A DNA stretch of 64,000 nucleotides. Source: a virus (Duplodnaviria > Caudoviricetes). Both the position numbers and the translations under genes were made by a program. The notes under the pieces were generated by a model that worked only from the letters and a program-made list of their open reading frames with translations, ran no database searches and had not been told where the DNA came from. The stretch spans positions 13,481 to 77,480 of the IMG/VR virus record IMGVR_UViG_3300020069_000003. One strand, 5' to 3'. Positions 1 through 9,060 of the stretch are shown here, one piece after another. How positions within the stretch are numbered: the first letter of the stretch is position 1; the number at the start of each line of letters is the position of its first letter.

Positions 1-1
1 G

Positions 2-274
2 TTCGTCGACCACGGATACACCAGTACCGCTACTCACGCGGCGGTCGGCGGCGGATTCGGCGGCGGCATGGCCGGTAGCAACACCAACACGCTGGTCCGC
101 ATCCTGCATCCCCAGGGGTCCAAGGTGATGAAGCTGTCCGACACCAGCAGCTTCGGCGATTCCGAGCGGGAGATCCTGACACCGCGCGGCACCCGGTTCC
201 ACATCGCCGCCGACCGGATCGTCACGCTACAGAACGGCCGGACTCAGCGGCAGGTGGACCTGATCCGCAAGTAG
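2..274 (+). CDS. C-terminal ADP-ribosyltransferase domain (VIP2/R-S-E type), 5'-truncated
   Basis: The frame is open from base 2: FVDHGYTSTA (STS-like motif) ... SEREILTPRGTRFHI (ExE catalytic motif). Confidence 0.8.
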   Translation, partial: FVDHGYTSTATHAAVGGGFGGGMAGSNTNTLVRILHPQGSKVMKLSDTSSFGDSEREILTPRGTRFHIAADRIVTLQNGRTQRQVDLIRK

Positions 275-335
275 TTTATAGCGTGACACAAAGTCAATGG
301 GTATGATACAATTTTCTTAGATAAGGAGGTGTGTA

Positions 336-506
336 GTGAAGACACCCAAGACGCCGACTGACGAACGAACCGCCGACAAGATGACTTGGAAGCCCGGGGA
401 TGTCCAGTGGGTCAAGGACCCACCGGCCCGTCCGAAGAGAACCGCTGCCCAGCGGCTGGCCGACCGGATCCGGCGCAGTGACGGAACCGACCAACAGCGC
501 CGGTAA
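336..506 (+). CDS. Small hypothetical protein (56 aa)
   Basis: AGGAGG RBS, then GTG at 336; MKTPKTPTDERTADKMTWKPGDVQWVKD...QQRR, TAA at 504-506. Not in the ORF track. Confidence 0.6.
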   Translation: MKTPKTPTDERTADKMTWKPGDVQWVKDPPARPKRTAAQRLADRIRRSDGTDQQRR

Positions 507-528
507 CACCCCGGCCGAGCAACAGGCT

Positions 529-1602
529 GTGTCAACGGTGACGGTGGAGAACGCCGCCGCCGTCGCAGCCATGTTGGTGCTGGAGAAACATGCGGTCGAG
601 GCCGTGTCCGGACCCCTGCGCAGGCAGCTGTCCGACACTCTCCGGCTTCTGGCCAGCAGGTATGTGCTGATGTTCGGGGGACTGGACCGTTCCACCACCC
701 CCGCCCAGGCACAGCAGCTCGTCAGCGTATTGACTGTCGAGCTGGAGCAGATTCGACAGTACGACCCGGTACCGGCGCTGACCGCCGCCACCGACGATGC
801 CCGACGGGCGGGGGTGGTGTACGCCAACCGGCACCTGCCGGACCCGGTGTCGGAGGCAGAGGTACCGGTGGACAAGGCCGTACAGGACGCGGTCGAGGCT
901 GCCCCGGCCGCGATCTCCGACGCTGTGGACGCGGCGCAGCAGTTTGCGCAGCAGCTGCCCATCACCGGCTGGGACGACGCCGTGCGGGCGGTGGGCAAGG
1001 CCAGCCAGGCGGCCTCGAACCTGGAGGGGCGAACCTCCTGGGTGGTCAACCGGGCCAACTCGTCCTCGATCTCCTACATCGCCGCCCAGCGCGGCGCCCT
1101 GCTGCTGTGGGTGGCGGAGCCGGACGCCTGTGTAGTCTGTCTGGCGCTGTCTGGACACACGGTCAACCCGGCCGAGGGCGAAGGATTTGACGAGACGGCC
1201 ACTTTCGGAAAGCCGGGGTCGGCACCGGATATCTACCCGCCCGGTATGCCGCTGATGCGTCCGCCGCGTCACCGATATTGCCGCTGCCACCCGGAGATCT
1301 GGTACGGCCCGGCGGTACCGGCGGGCGGCCCCGAGGAGACCTCGCTGTACAACCGGCCGGGGGTCGGGGCCAACGTGGACCTGCCCGCCGCTCTGCGGCG
1401 CGAGGCCAAGCGGTCGATCCTGTACGGATGGTCGCTACCCAGCGAATCCAATATTTCACGACTCGATGCTGCGGCCCGTCTGCTGGCCAAGGGCGCAGGT
1501 CTTCCGAAGTCGGTTGAGGCCAAGTCCCGCGCGGCAGTCAACAAGGGCAAGTTCGACAACCGGGTACATCCGTCGAAGAGGCGCACTGCACACCGTCCGT
1601 AG
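529..1602 (+). CDS. Head morphogenesis / minor capsid protein (MuF, SPP1 gp7-like)
   Basis: ACVVCLALSG and PPRHRYCRC motifs; located just before the scaffold gene. Start is approximate (track start 400 overlaps the small ORF). Confidence 0.75.
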   Translation: MSTVTVENAAAVAAMLVLEKHAVEAVSGPLRRQLSDTLRLLASRYVLMFGGLDRSTTPAQAQQLVSVLTVELEQIRQYDPVPALTAATDDARRAGVVYANRHLPDPVSEAEVPVDKAVQDAVEAAPAAISDAVDAAQQFAQQLPITGWDDAVRAVGKASQAASNLEGRTSWVVNRANSSSISYIAAQRGALLLWVAEPDACVVCLALSGHTVNPAEGEGFDETATFGKPGSAPDIYPPGMPLMRPPRHRYCRCHPEIWYGPAVPAGGPEETSLYNRPGVGANVDLPAALRREAKRSILYGWSLPSESNISRLDAAARLLAKGAGLPKSVEAKSRAAVNKGKFDNRVHPSKRRTAHRP

Positions 1603-1666
1603 CCGATGTTAAACTGGCTACAGTTTGCAGATGCAGACAGCTGTCGCCCCCGTTGGGAGTTCGCAC

Positions 1667-2518
1667 ATGAGCCGTATCCGCCTGCTTCCCCCGCCCGGTC
1701 AACCGATCGGCCACCTCAGGGACGGACGTCCCGTCTACCCCGTGATCGGAGCAGCCTCCGACGAGTTCGAGATCGAGGCCGATGAGCCCGACGACGCGGA
1801 GGACGAGCCCGACGACGACGAGGAGGAGGACGAGGAGGAGAGTGGCCAGGACGGCAAGTGGACCCCTCCCTCGAAGACCGAGTGGCTGAAGGTCCAGAGC
1901 GCCCTGTCGAAGGCCAACGCGTCGGCCAAGGAGCGCCGTCTGGCGCTGGCCGAGAAGGAGAAGGCCATCGCGGAGCTGCAGAAGCGGGAGGCCGAGCGGG
2001 AGGCCGAGGCCGAGCGCAAGGCCCTACTGGACGGCCAGCAGCCGACACCGGCGGGCAAGGGTAAGAAGGGGGGCAGGGGTGGTGTAACGCCGCCTGCCCC
2101 GATGCTCCCGGACAGCGTGCTGACTAAGGCCCAGGTGCGGCAGCTGACCGCGCAGGCGGCGAAGGAGGCCGAGGAGCGTACAGCCGCCAAGTACCAGGAC
2201 AAGGTGGTGAAGGCGGCGGCTCGTGCGGCTCTGAAGGACGCCGGTGCAGCGGGCAACGTCTCCCGGCTGGTGGCGCTGCTGAATCTGGAGGAGGTCCAGA
2301 TCGACGACGACGGCGAGGTTGCCGAGGGTCTCGACGACCAGATCGAACAGCTGAAGCAGGAGCTGCCGCAGCTGTTCGCTCCGCCGGAGCCGCCCAAGCC
2401 GGTGCGCAAGCGGGCCCCGGCTCCGAAGGTCACGCCAGCCGGTCGCCAGGACATCGAGGAGCGTCCGCAGTCCTCAGCCGAGCGTATCGCCGCACTGGCA
2501 CTCGGCAACCGCGTATAG
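1667..2518 (+). CDS. Capsid scaffolding protein
   Basis: Acidic stretch plus coiled coil and an LK...P.LF motif; directly before the major capsid gene; GGGAG RBS before ATG 1667. Confidence 0.75.
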   Translation: MSRIRLLPPPGQPIGHLRDGRPVYPVIGAASDEFEIEADEPDDAEDEPDDDEEEDEEESGQDGKWTPPSKTEWLKVQSALSKANASAKERRLALAEKEKAIAELQKREAEREAEAERKALLDGQQPTPAGKGKKGGRGGVTPPAPMLPDSVLTKAQVRQLTAQAAKEAEERTAAKYQDKVVKAAARAALKDAGAAGNVSRLVALLNLEEVQIDDDGEVAEGLDDQIEQLKQELPQLFAPPEPPKPVRKRAPAPKVTPAGRQDIEERPQSSAERIAALALGNRV

Positions 2519-2632
2519 CTCTTGACGTCCTGACGTGGTAACATAGTCTCAGCTCGCGGGTGCGGGTGGGTACGGACCTGGATTGGTCTAAATCAACCAG
2601 CAACGACTCACCCAAACCCAGGAGACAAGCAG

Positions 2633-3679
2633 ATGTTCTCTGCTAACCGTCTGCCGGGCGGTCCTGGTATCGCCCCCAAGACGATCATCGGCTACATCGG
2701 CGACAGGCCGGTCTACGCCGTCGCGGGCGGTGCCCGAGACACGATGGAAGCGTGGATCCCCGAGGAGTTCGACTCCCAGGTGATCATGCGCGTGAACCAG
2801 ATCTCCGGCGTCGAGGCGCTGGGATCTCCGGTCCCCATGAACTCCGAGACCCGGTCGGTTCCCCGGTCCGCCGGTGTCGGCGTGGCGCTGGTCGCCAAGG
2901 GCGGCACCTACTCCGAGGACCAGTCGGTCAACGACTCGGTGATCCTGTCGGCGCAGAAGTTCGGCCAGGCGGTCCGGATCGCGGAAGAGGACATCGACGA
3001 CGCGATCGCCGACGTCATCGCGACCAAGCAGAAGGACTGGGCTACCTCCTACGGCAAGATGTTCGACAACGCCTGCCTGGCGACGTCGGCCGCCGTCGGT
3101 ACAGGCGTTCCGTTCGCGTCGGTGTACTACAGCCTGACCCAGACGAACTCGAACACCGGATACACCGCCAACGCCAACCTGACCCAGACCGGCAGCGCGG
3201 GCACCACCTACGCCACCCTCTCCAACTCGCTGGGCAACGTCGAGCGCGGCAACTACTTCGACATCTCGGAGATGGTCTGCCTCGCCCACCCGGCGTACCG
3301 CAACCTGCTGCGGAACATCAAGGACACGAACAACCGCCCGATCTTCCAGGAGTCGACGGCGGGCTTCCCCGGCGGCGGCATGGCCGCGTCTCCGGACACG
3401 ATCTTCGGTATCCCGATCCACTGGTCTCTCGGCGCGATGACCTCGGCGACGGCCACCCCGACCCCGACCGGCAACCCGCTGCTGATCTGGGCCAACCGCA
3501 ACTACATGATCATCGGCCGCCGGTCGGGTCCGGAGTCGGTGTTCATCGACGGCCGGAACGGCCTGTCGGCGCTGACCGACGAGTCGATCCTGAAGATGTG
3601 CGCCCGGCGCGCGTTCGCGGTCGGCCACGAGGCGGCGTTCGCGGTCCACGAGGACAACTCGGGCAACATCAACCTGTGA
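2633..3679 (+). CDS. Major capsid protein (HK97 fold)
   Basis: WIPEEF, LKDTNNRPIF-like and TIFGIPIHWS motifs typical of HK97-type capsids; position. Confidence 0.9.
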   Translation: MFSANRLPGGPGIAPKTIIGYIGDRPVYAVAGGARDTMEAWIPEEFDSQVIMRVNQISGVEALGSPVPMNSETRSVPRSAGVGVALVAKGGTYSEDQSVNDSVILSAQKFGQAVRIAEEDIDDAIADVIATKQKDWATSYGKMFDNACLATSAAVGTGVPFASVYYSLTQTNSNTGYTANANLTQTGSAGTTYATLSNSLGNVERGNYFDISEMVCLAHPAYRNLLRNIKDTNNRPIFQESTAGFPGGGMAASPDTIFGIPIHWSLGAMTSATATPTPTGNPLLIWANRNYMIIGRRSGPESVFIDGRNGLSALTDESILKMCARRAFAVGHEAAFAVHEDNSGNINL

Positions 3680-3716
3680 CGCGCGGCCTGACGGCCACCC
3701 GCGTCCCGCCACAGAC

Positions 3717-3774
3717 GGCGGACGGCGTCTCAGGCGGAACGCCGTCCGCCCAGCCGGTCCCTGCCGGGACCGGC
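3717..3774 (+). terminator. Double GC hairpin after the capsid gene
   Basis: GGCGGACGGCGT/ACGCCGTCCGCC and GCCGGTCCC/GGGACCGGC inverted repeats. Confidence 0.5.
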
Positions 3775-3802
3775 TCCGGTATACCGCCGAAGGAGCGACC
3801 AG

Positions 3803-4303
3803 ATGCCCGACTACACCGGGGGACAGTTCCCGTCCCTGGACGGCAACCCGGCGGCCGAGGTGGCGCAGCGGACCGAGCCCGACACCGAGGGCAACTGGTT
3901 CCGCAAGGTGTTCACGGTGCACAACCGGGCCCACACCGTCGGCCTGCCGGAGGATCACCAGATCCACCAGGACAACGCCGTGGGCGTACTGCAGGCGGCT
4001 CTCCAGCAGGGCCTGCATCCGAAGTCAGCCCCAGAGCTGGAGTCCGAGGAGCCGCACCCGTTCGACCCGAACCACACCAACCTGACCTACCGGGTACAGG
4101 TGGTTCCAGCGGTGGCGGACGAGGACCCCGGCTCGACGGTCACCCCGTCCACGATGATGGGCGGCCACGACCTGATGACCGAGCCGCTGCCGGTGTACCC
4201 CGAGACGGGCTCCGGTGCGGTCTCGGAGGACCCGGAAGAGACGCCCGGCCCTGAGGACCCGGAGCCCGTGGGACAGGCGCCGGAAGAGGCCACGGAGGGC
4301 TGA
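3803..4303 (+). CDS. Hypothetical virion-region protein
   Basis: GAAGGAG RBS, acidic C-terminus, position in the head module. Confidence 0.6.
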   Translation: MPDYTGGQFPSLDGNPAAEVAQRTEPDTEGNWFRKVFTVHNRAHTVGLPEDHQIHQDNAVGVLQAALQQGLHPKSAPELESEEPHPFDPNHTNLTYRVQVVPAVADEDPGSTVTPSTMMGGHDLMTEPLPVYPETGSGAVSEDPEETPGPEDPEPVGQAPEEATEG

Positions 4304-4309
4304 TCGCGG

Positions 4310-4939
4310 ATGTCCGCCACCGGGTACGGCCAGACGGCGGACCTGTCCAGGGTCGCCAAGGTAGGCGACATCATGTCCGGCCCGCTGGTACTCAGCGGCA
4401 GCCCGCCGCTCCAGGTGGCGGCGGGGGCGGCTGCGGGCGACGTCTGGACCTCGGACAGCCAGGGCAACGGGTCCTGGCAGCCACCGGCGGGCAGCAACAC
4501 CACCCCCTACCCGCGACAGTTCGAGGTGCGGGCAGACGGACCGGCCTCGACCCAGGTCGCCACGGTAGGTACTTGGACGCCGACCTACCTGTCGAACGCT
4601 GACACCGGCAACTTCGTCGGCTGGGTCAACATCTCCGACGGCGCCCAGAACGACAAGATCTCGTACGATCTGGCCTGCGCGGCCGGTACCTACACGGTCG
4701 AGCTTCTGCACCTGCCTTTTCAGAACCGGGGCATCTACACGATCCAGATCGACGGGGTGTCGGTCGGCACGGTCGACGGCTACGCTGCCAGCCTGACCCC
4801 GCAGCGTGCTAAGCTTACCGGCGTGGCGGTCAGCACGTCCGGGGTTCACACGGTCAGTCTGCTGATGGCGACCAAGAACGCAGCGTCCAGCAACTACGTG
4901 GGTGTGGCAGACCGGTTGACGTTCACTCGGACTGCTTAG
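4310..4939 (+). CDS. Putative virion structural protein with a beta-sandwich/CBM-like domain
   Basis: GIYTIQIDGVSVGTVDGY and VHTVSL beta-rich pattern. Confidence 0.5.
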   Translation: MSATGYGQTADLSRVAKVGDIMSGPLVLSGSPPLQVAAGAAAGDVWTSDSQGNGSWQPPAGSNTTPYPRQFEVRADGPASTQVATVGTWTPTYLSNADTGNFVGWVNISDGAQNDKISYDLACAAGTYTVELLHLPFQNRGIYTIQIDGVSVGTVDGYAASLTPQRAKLTGVAVSTSGVHTVSLLMATKNAASSNYVGVADRLTFTRTA

Positions 4940-4958
4940 GCGGGAGGGGGTGGTGTAG

Positions 4959-5807
4959 GTGACCATAAGCGTCAATCAAGGTCAGACAGCCGATCTGGTT
5001 GTGCAGTGGGACGCCTACCCGGGAGGTCCCCCTGCCGACGTTACCGGCCTGACCATAACCGTCAATCAGGTGGCCAACGGCAGCAACGTGCTAGGCCCCA
5101 CGTCGGCGGGGGTGGTGCACCAGGCTACCGGACTGTACACCTTCCAGTGGGCGGTGTCCACCAGCCAGGCGACCGGTGACTACGTGGCGATCTGGAACGC
5201 CACCTACGCCGGTTCTGCGGTCCAGACCTCCGAGATCGTAACGGTCGACGCGTACGACAACTCGGTGTTCCTGACCTGGTGCGACATCACGCTGGACGAG
5301 GATCTGATCGGCGGGCGCGGCAACGTGAACGCGGTGAATCCGGTCAACTGGGTGAACAACGTGACCGGGGTCACCCTCACCCCGCTGCAGATCCAGAACG
5401 CCCAGCAGGTACTGAACATGTTCAGCAACTACACCCCCGAGTCGTCCGGTTTCAACATGCAGCCGTCCGACCTGATGTATCTGCGCTACGGCCTGGCGTA
5501 CCAGGCGGTGTGGCAGGTGGGGCAGCCGGGCCTGCTGTACCGGAACAACGCGAAGCAGCTGTCGCAGGATGGCCTGTCGACCACGATGGACGACCAGGGC
5601 ACCGAGCGGTCTCTGATGCTGGCCCCGCTGGCGCTGCGGTCGCTGAAGCAGCTGTCCTGGCAGAAGTCCCGGTCGCTGCGGGTCCGTACGCCGTTCATCG
5701 ACGACCAGACCCCGATCTCGTCGGACCCGGACGCCGAGGCCAACGACCTGTACGAGCGCTGGGTCGACATGTACAACTTCGGCTATCGAGGAAGCTCGAC
5801 GCCGTAA
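4959..5807 (+). CDS. Head-tail adaptor-like protein with an N-terminal Ig-like domain
   Basis: Position; QDGLSTT and LAPLALRSLKQLSW pattern seen in actinophage adaptors. Confidence 0.55.
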   Translation: MTISVNQGQTADLVVQWDAYPGGPPADVTGLTITVNQVANGSNVLGPTSAGVVHQATGLYTFQWAVSTSQATGDYVAIWNATYAGSAVQTSEIVTVDAYDNSVFLTWCDITLDEDLIGGRGNVNAVNPVNWVNNVTGVTLTPLQIQNAQQVLNMFSNYTPESSGFNMQPSDLMYLRYGLAYQAVWQVGQPGLLYRNNAKQLSQDGLSTTMDDQGTERSLMLAPLALRSLKQLSWQKSRSLRVRTPFIDDQTPISSDPDAEANDLYERWVDMYNFGYRGSSTP

Positions 5808-6217
5808 TGAGCAAATCCGCCGACAGCATCGCCGCCCGCGAACAGGTGTACAAGCAGCTGTCCCGGCGGTTCCCGCCGGACGCCATCGCCTGGGTCAAGA
5901 CCGTACGCTGGGACCCGGCCGCCAAGATCGACCTGGACGAGTTCGACACCTCCGATCGGTCGGACTGGGCGGCAGCATCCGAGCCTAAGCAGGTGGAGCG
6001 CGAAGTCAGCAAGTGGCAGGACGGGACCGCCGCGCCAGCGGTCGCCATCCGGATCGGTGCCAGCCCGCAGTTGATCATCGTCGACGGACACCACCGGCTC
6101 ATGGCCCGGGAGCACATGCACAAGCGCCGCATGTTGACCTGGGTCGGGTACGTGCCGAACAACACCGGTCCGTGGATGGAGACCCACCTGTCCCAGTTTG
6201 GAGGCCCGTCAGGCTGA
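5807..6217 (+). CDS. ParB/Srx-like nuclease domain protein
   Basis: IIVDGHHRLMA motif; ATG 5807 overlaps the previous TAA. Confidence 0.7.
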   Translation: MSKSADSIAAREQVYKQLSRRFPPDAIAWVKTVRWDPAAKIDLDEFDTSDRSDWAAASEPKQVEREVSKWQDGTAAPAVAIRIGASPQLIIVDGHHRLMAREHMHKRRMLTWVGYVPNNTGPWMETHLSQFGGPSG

Positions 6218-6546
6218 TGCAAGCCTTCCCCACCACCACAGTCAGCATCCTGCGGGGCACCCACACCACCCCCGCCGGTGACACCGTGGACTCGCTCACC
6301 CCGGTCCACACCGGCATACCCGCATCCGTCATGGAGCGCAACCGCAACGGGATCGACTCCCAGACCCAGGACCCCCGGGTGTACCGATACACCGTCTGCC
6401 GCCTCCCGGCCGGTACCGACGTGCTCGACACGGACCTGCTGAAGGACGAGACCTCGGGCAAGATTTACTCCATCTCGGCGGTGTCTGTGCTCAACAGTCC
6501 GGTACACACGCCGGATCTGAGGCTGGACCTGCAGTACGTCAACTGA
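6217..6546 (+). CDS. Head-tail stopper/closure protein
   Basis: ATG overlaps TGA; TDLLKDETSGKIYSISAV and DLRLDL pattern; position. Confidence 0.6.
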   Translation: MQAFPTTTVSILRGTHTTPAGDTVDSLTPVHTGIPASVMERNRNGIDSQTQDPRVYRYTVCRLPAGTDVLDTDLLKDETSGKIYSISAVSVLNSPVHTPDLRLDLQYVN

Positions 6547-6609
6547 CACGGACCCGGTTCCAACTGTATACTTGGTCCAACATAAGCTTATCTTCGGAGG
6601 CGAAGCACC

Positions 6610-6834
6610 ATGGCCAACATTCCGGACCTGGGGAGCCGCGACCCGCTGAACGCGGACCGGCCTGCGGGCAACGCCTCCAACGGCGTCTCGCCCGGCCAGA
6701 CCGCGAAGCTCCTTCGCGGCCAGGGCGCGATCGGCGCGGCCCAGGAGGCGCACCACCAGCCGACCAAGGAAGCGCACCCGAACGGCCCGTTCGTCGACCG
6801 CGACGGCAGCCGCTACCGGGTCCCGAGCAAGTAG
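6610..6834 (+). CDS. Hypothetical protein
   Basis: GGAGG RBS, 74 aa. Confidence 0.55.
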   Translation: MANIPDLGSRDPLNADRPAGNASNGVSPGQTAKLLRGQGAIGAAQEAHHQPTKEAHPNGPFVDRDGSRYRVPSK

Positions 6835-6928
6835 CCCGGCGCTCGTCCCACAAGCAAGCACCAGCGCCGTCCCCTGCAGCCGGGGTAGACCCGGTAGGGG
6901 GTGGTGTAACGACCCGACGTAGAGGAGG

Positions 6929-7306
6929 GTGTGTTCGGTGGCCACTGAACTGCAGATCAACGACGGCTGGTACGAGGACCACGTCCTACCCAGGGTCAAC
7001 GAGGTTGTGATCCGTACCGCTGTCGCCGTGCGCGCAGATGCGCAGCAGATCTGCCCGGTGGATACCGGCGCACTCAAGGAGTCGTTGGTCGCTCTGAACG
7101 TGTCGCTGGGCGTCGCCCGCGTCTCCTCCCACCTGCCGTATTGCGCGGCGGTCGAGCTGGGCTTCCACGGCGAGGAGTACGTCAGGCCGTACATGCGCCA
7201 GGGTCACCAGGTGCGCGGCCACATCCGGCAGGGCAACAGTCCCGAGCAGCCGTTCCTGCGTCCGGCGCTGTACCGCGTCCGCGACCTGTCCGCGATCATG
7301 GCGTGA
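6929..7306 (+). CDS. HK97 gp10-like tail/neck protein
   Basis: CPVDTGALKES, AAVELG and EQPFLRPA motifs. Confidence 0.8.
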   Translation: MCSVATELQINDGWYEDHVLPRVNEVVIRTAVAVRADAQQICPVDTGALKESLVALNVSLGVARVSSHLPYCAAVELGFHGEEYVRPYMRQGHQVRGHIRQGNSPEQPFLRPALYRVRDLSAIMA

Positions 7307-7307
7307 C

Positions 7308-7778
7308 ATGACGTACACCTACCGCGCCAACACCGACCTGGTGACCGGGCTGTGGCTGTCCAGCCTGCCCGGTCTCAACTCCGGCATGAACGGACGCCAG
7401 GTGCCGGAGAAGGTCGAGCAGAACGCCAGCCTGGTCACCTCCGGTTTCGTAACCTGGGCGACGGTCGGCGGCAGCCCGAACATGTACGTACCCGAGCGCG
7501 AGCCGGTACTGTCGATCAAGTGCTATGGGTTCCCGGCCTTGACTGCCTCCCGCAAGCCCCAATGGGCCATAGCGAACGGTCTGGCCGAGAACATTGTCGC
7601 CGCCTGCCAGGATACCTCGAACTTCAACGCCAAGCTGATACTGCCCAGCGGATACCCGCCCGCTCGGGTCCAGCAGGCGCACGCGCTACAGGAACCGCGT
7701 CCGCTGTACGGGGACCGTGCGTACTGGGCGGTCTACCAATTCGATCTGCAGATGTACTGGTTGGAGCTGCCATCATGA
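7308..7778 (+). CDS. Tail terminator protein
   Basis: Position between gp10-like gene and major tail gene; size 156 aa; YQFDLQM end. Confidence 0.65.
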   Translation: MTYTYRANTDLVTGLWLSSLPGLNSGMNGRQVPEKVEQNASLVTSGFVTWATVGGSPNMYVPEREPVLSIKCYGFPALTASRKPQWAIANGLAENIVAACQDTSNFNAKLILPSGYPPARVQQAHALQEPRPLYGDRAYWAVYQFDLQMYWLELPS

Positions 7779-8002
7779 ACCGCAGGTACGCGATGGTGGG
7801 GGCAGTGTCGAACGAACCGCTGTCCTACGGCGGTCTGATCCTGATTCACGACGACCCGGCCGAGCTGGAGTTCCTGTTCCAGGGCGTGGCGAAGGTGGTG
7901 GAGCTGGGCGGCCAGTTCCCCGAGCACGACTGCATGTCGATCAAGCAGCACCCGGAACTGGCGTCGATGCGCTGGCCGCTGGACCGAGGGGATTTCACAT
8001 GA
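7775..8002 (+). CDS. Hypothetical protein
   Basis: ATGA overlap; MNRRYAMVG...DRGDFT. Confidence 0.55.
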   Translation: MNRRYAMVGAVSNEPLSYGGLILIHDDPAELEFLFQGVAKVVELGGQFPEHDCMSIKQHPELASMRWPLDRGDFT

Positions 8003-8223
8003 CCGAGCACCGGATCACCACCACGATGCAGCCCGACCGGGTGATCGAGGTCTCCGACGAGGAGCTGCAGGACCTGCAGCGCATGAACGTGGTCGCCTCC
8101 CTGCTGGGCGACGACCCGCCGACACAGGAGGTAGCCGACGGTGGCCAGGAAGAGTCCGAAGCTGACGGCGGACAAGCGCCGGAGCCTGAAGAAATCAGAT
8201 TTCGCCCTGCCGGGAAAGAGTAG
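7999..8223 (+). CDS. Hypothetical acidic protein
   Basis: GAGGGG RBS, ATG 7999; MTEHRITTTMQPD. Confidence 0.5.
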   Translation: MTEHRITTTMQPDRVIEVSDEELQDLQRMNVVASLLGDDPPTQEVADGGQEESEADGGQAPEPEEIRFRPAGKE

Positions 8224-8395
8224 CTCCACGCCCGGCGCGAAGGGATCGTACCCGATCGACACGCCGGGCCGGGCCCAGAACGCCCTCGGAAAGGCGAAGC
8301 GTTTCGCCAGCCCGGCGGAGCAGGCGACGGTCAAAAAGAACGTCGCCAAGAAATACCCGGGGATGAAGATCTCCGGCGGTAAGAAGAAGAAGTAA
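8141..8395 (+). CDS. Small basic protein (DUF6582-like)
   Basis: AGGAGG at 8126, GTG 8141; SDFALPG...YPIDTPGRAQNAL...KKYP motif. Confidence 0.6.
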   Translation: MARKSPKLTADKRRSLKKSDFALPGKSSSTPGAKGSYPIDTPGRAQNALGKAKRFASPAEQATVKKNVAKKYPGMKISGGKKKK

Positions 8396-8452
8396 CCACA
8401 CCACCCCCGCCCGAACCGCCTGCCGGGCCTCCACAGAAGACAGGAGTTCTCG

Positions 8453-9028
8453 GTGTCTGTCACCGTCACCAACCTGATCATGGGCCCCGGCACGATCTAT
8501 CAGGGCCTGTTCGGCGCGGCTGAGCCGCCCGACTACAACGTGAACCTGACTCCGGCGACGTCCTCCTGGACCGACATGGGGGGCACGCTCAACGGCATCA
8601 CCCTCTCGGTCGACCAGCAGTACACCGAGCTGATGGTCGACCAGCTGGTCGACTCGATCGGCCGCCGACTCACCAAGCGCGAGTTCCTGATCACGACCCA
8701 GCTGGCCGAGCCGACGCTGAACAACCTGGCGGTGTCGCTGAACGGCGCCACCACCACCTCCGGTGCCACCTCGGCCGCCGGTACCTACCAGACGCTGGAG
8801 CCGCTGTACGCCACCTCGGCCACCCAGCCGACCTACATCGCGATGGTGATCGACGGGTACGCCCCGAACTCGCTGCGCCGTCGCGCGATCTTCCGCCGGA
8901 TGCTGTCGACGGCCAAGGTCGACACCGCCATGGACAAGGTCAAGCAGACCGTGTTCACGGTGTCGTTCAACGGGCACTACGTCAGCTCCACCATCGCACC
9001 CATCCACGTCGTCGACCAGCTTTCCTGA
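8453..9028 (+). CDS. Major tail protein
   Basis: WTDMGGTLNGITL and LAEPTLNNL motifs; position before chaperones and tape measure. Confidence 0.85.
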   Translation: MSVTVTNLIMGPGTIYQGLFGAAEPPDYNVNLTPATSSWTDMGGTLNGITLSVDQQYTELMVDQLVDSIGRRLTKREFLITTQLAEPTLNNLAVSLNGATTTSGATSAAGTYQTLEPLYATSATQPTYIAMVIDGYAPNSLRRRAIFRRMLSTAKVDTAMDKVKQTVFTVSFNGHYVSSTIAPIHVVDQLS

Positions 9029-9060
9029 CCGGCGCGCCCCCACCTGAGGACACACCGCCT

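Noticed and set aside
400-528. Track start 400 for the MuF-like gene
   Set aside because: No RBS, and it overlaps the better-supported ORF at 336-506.
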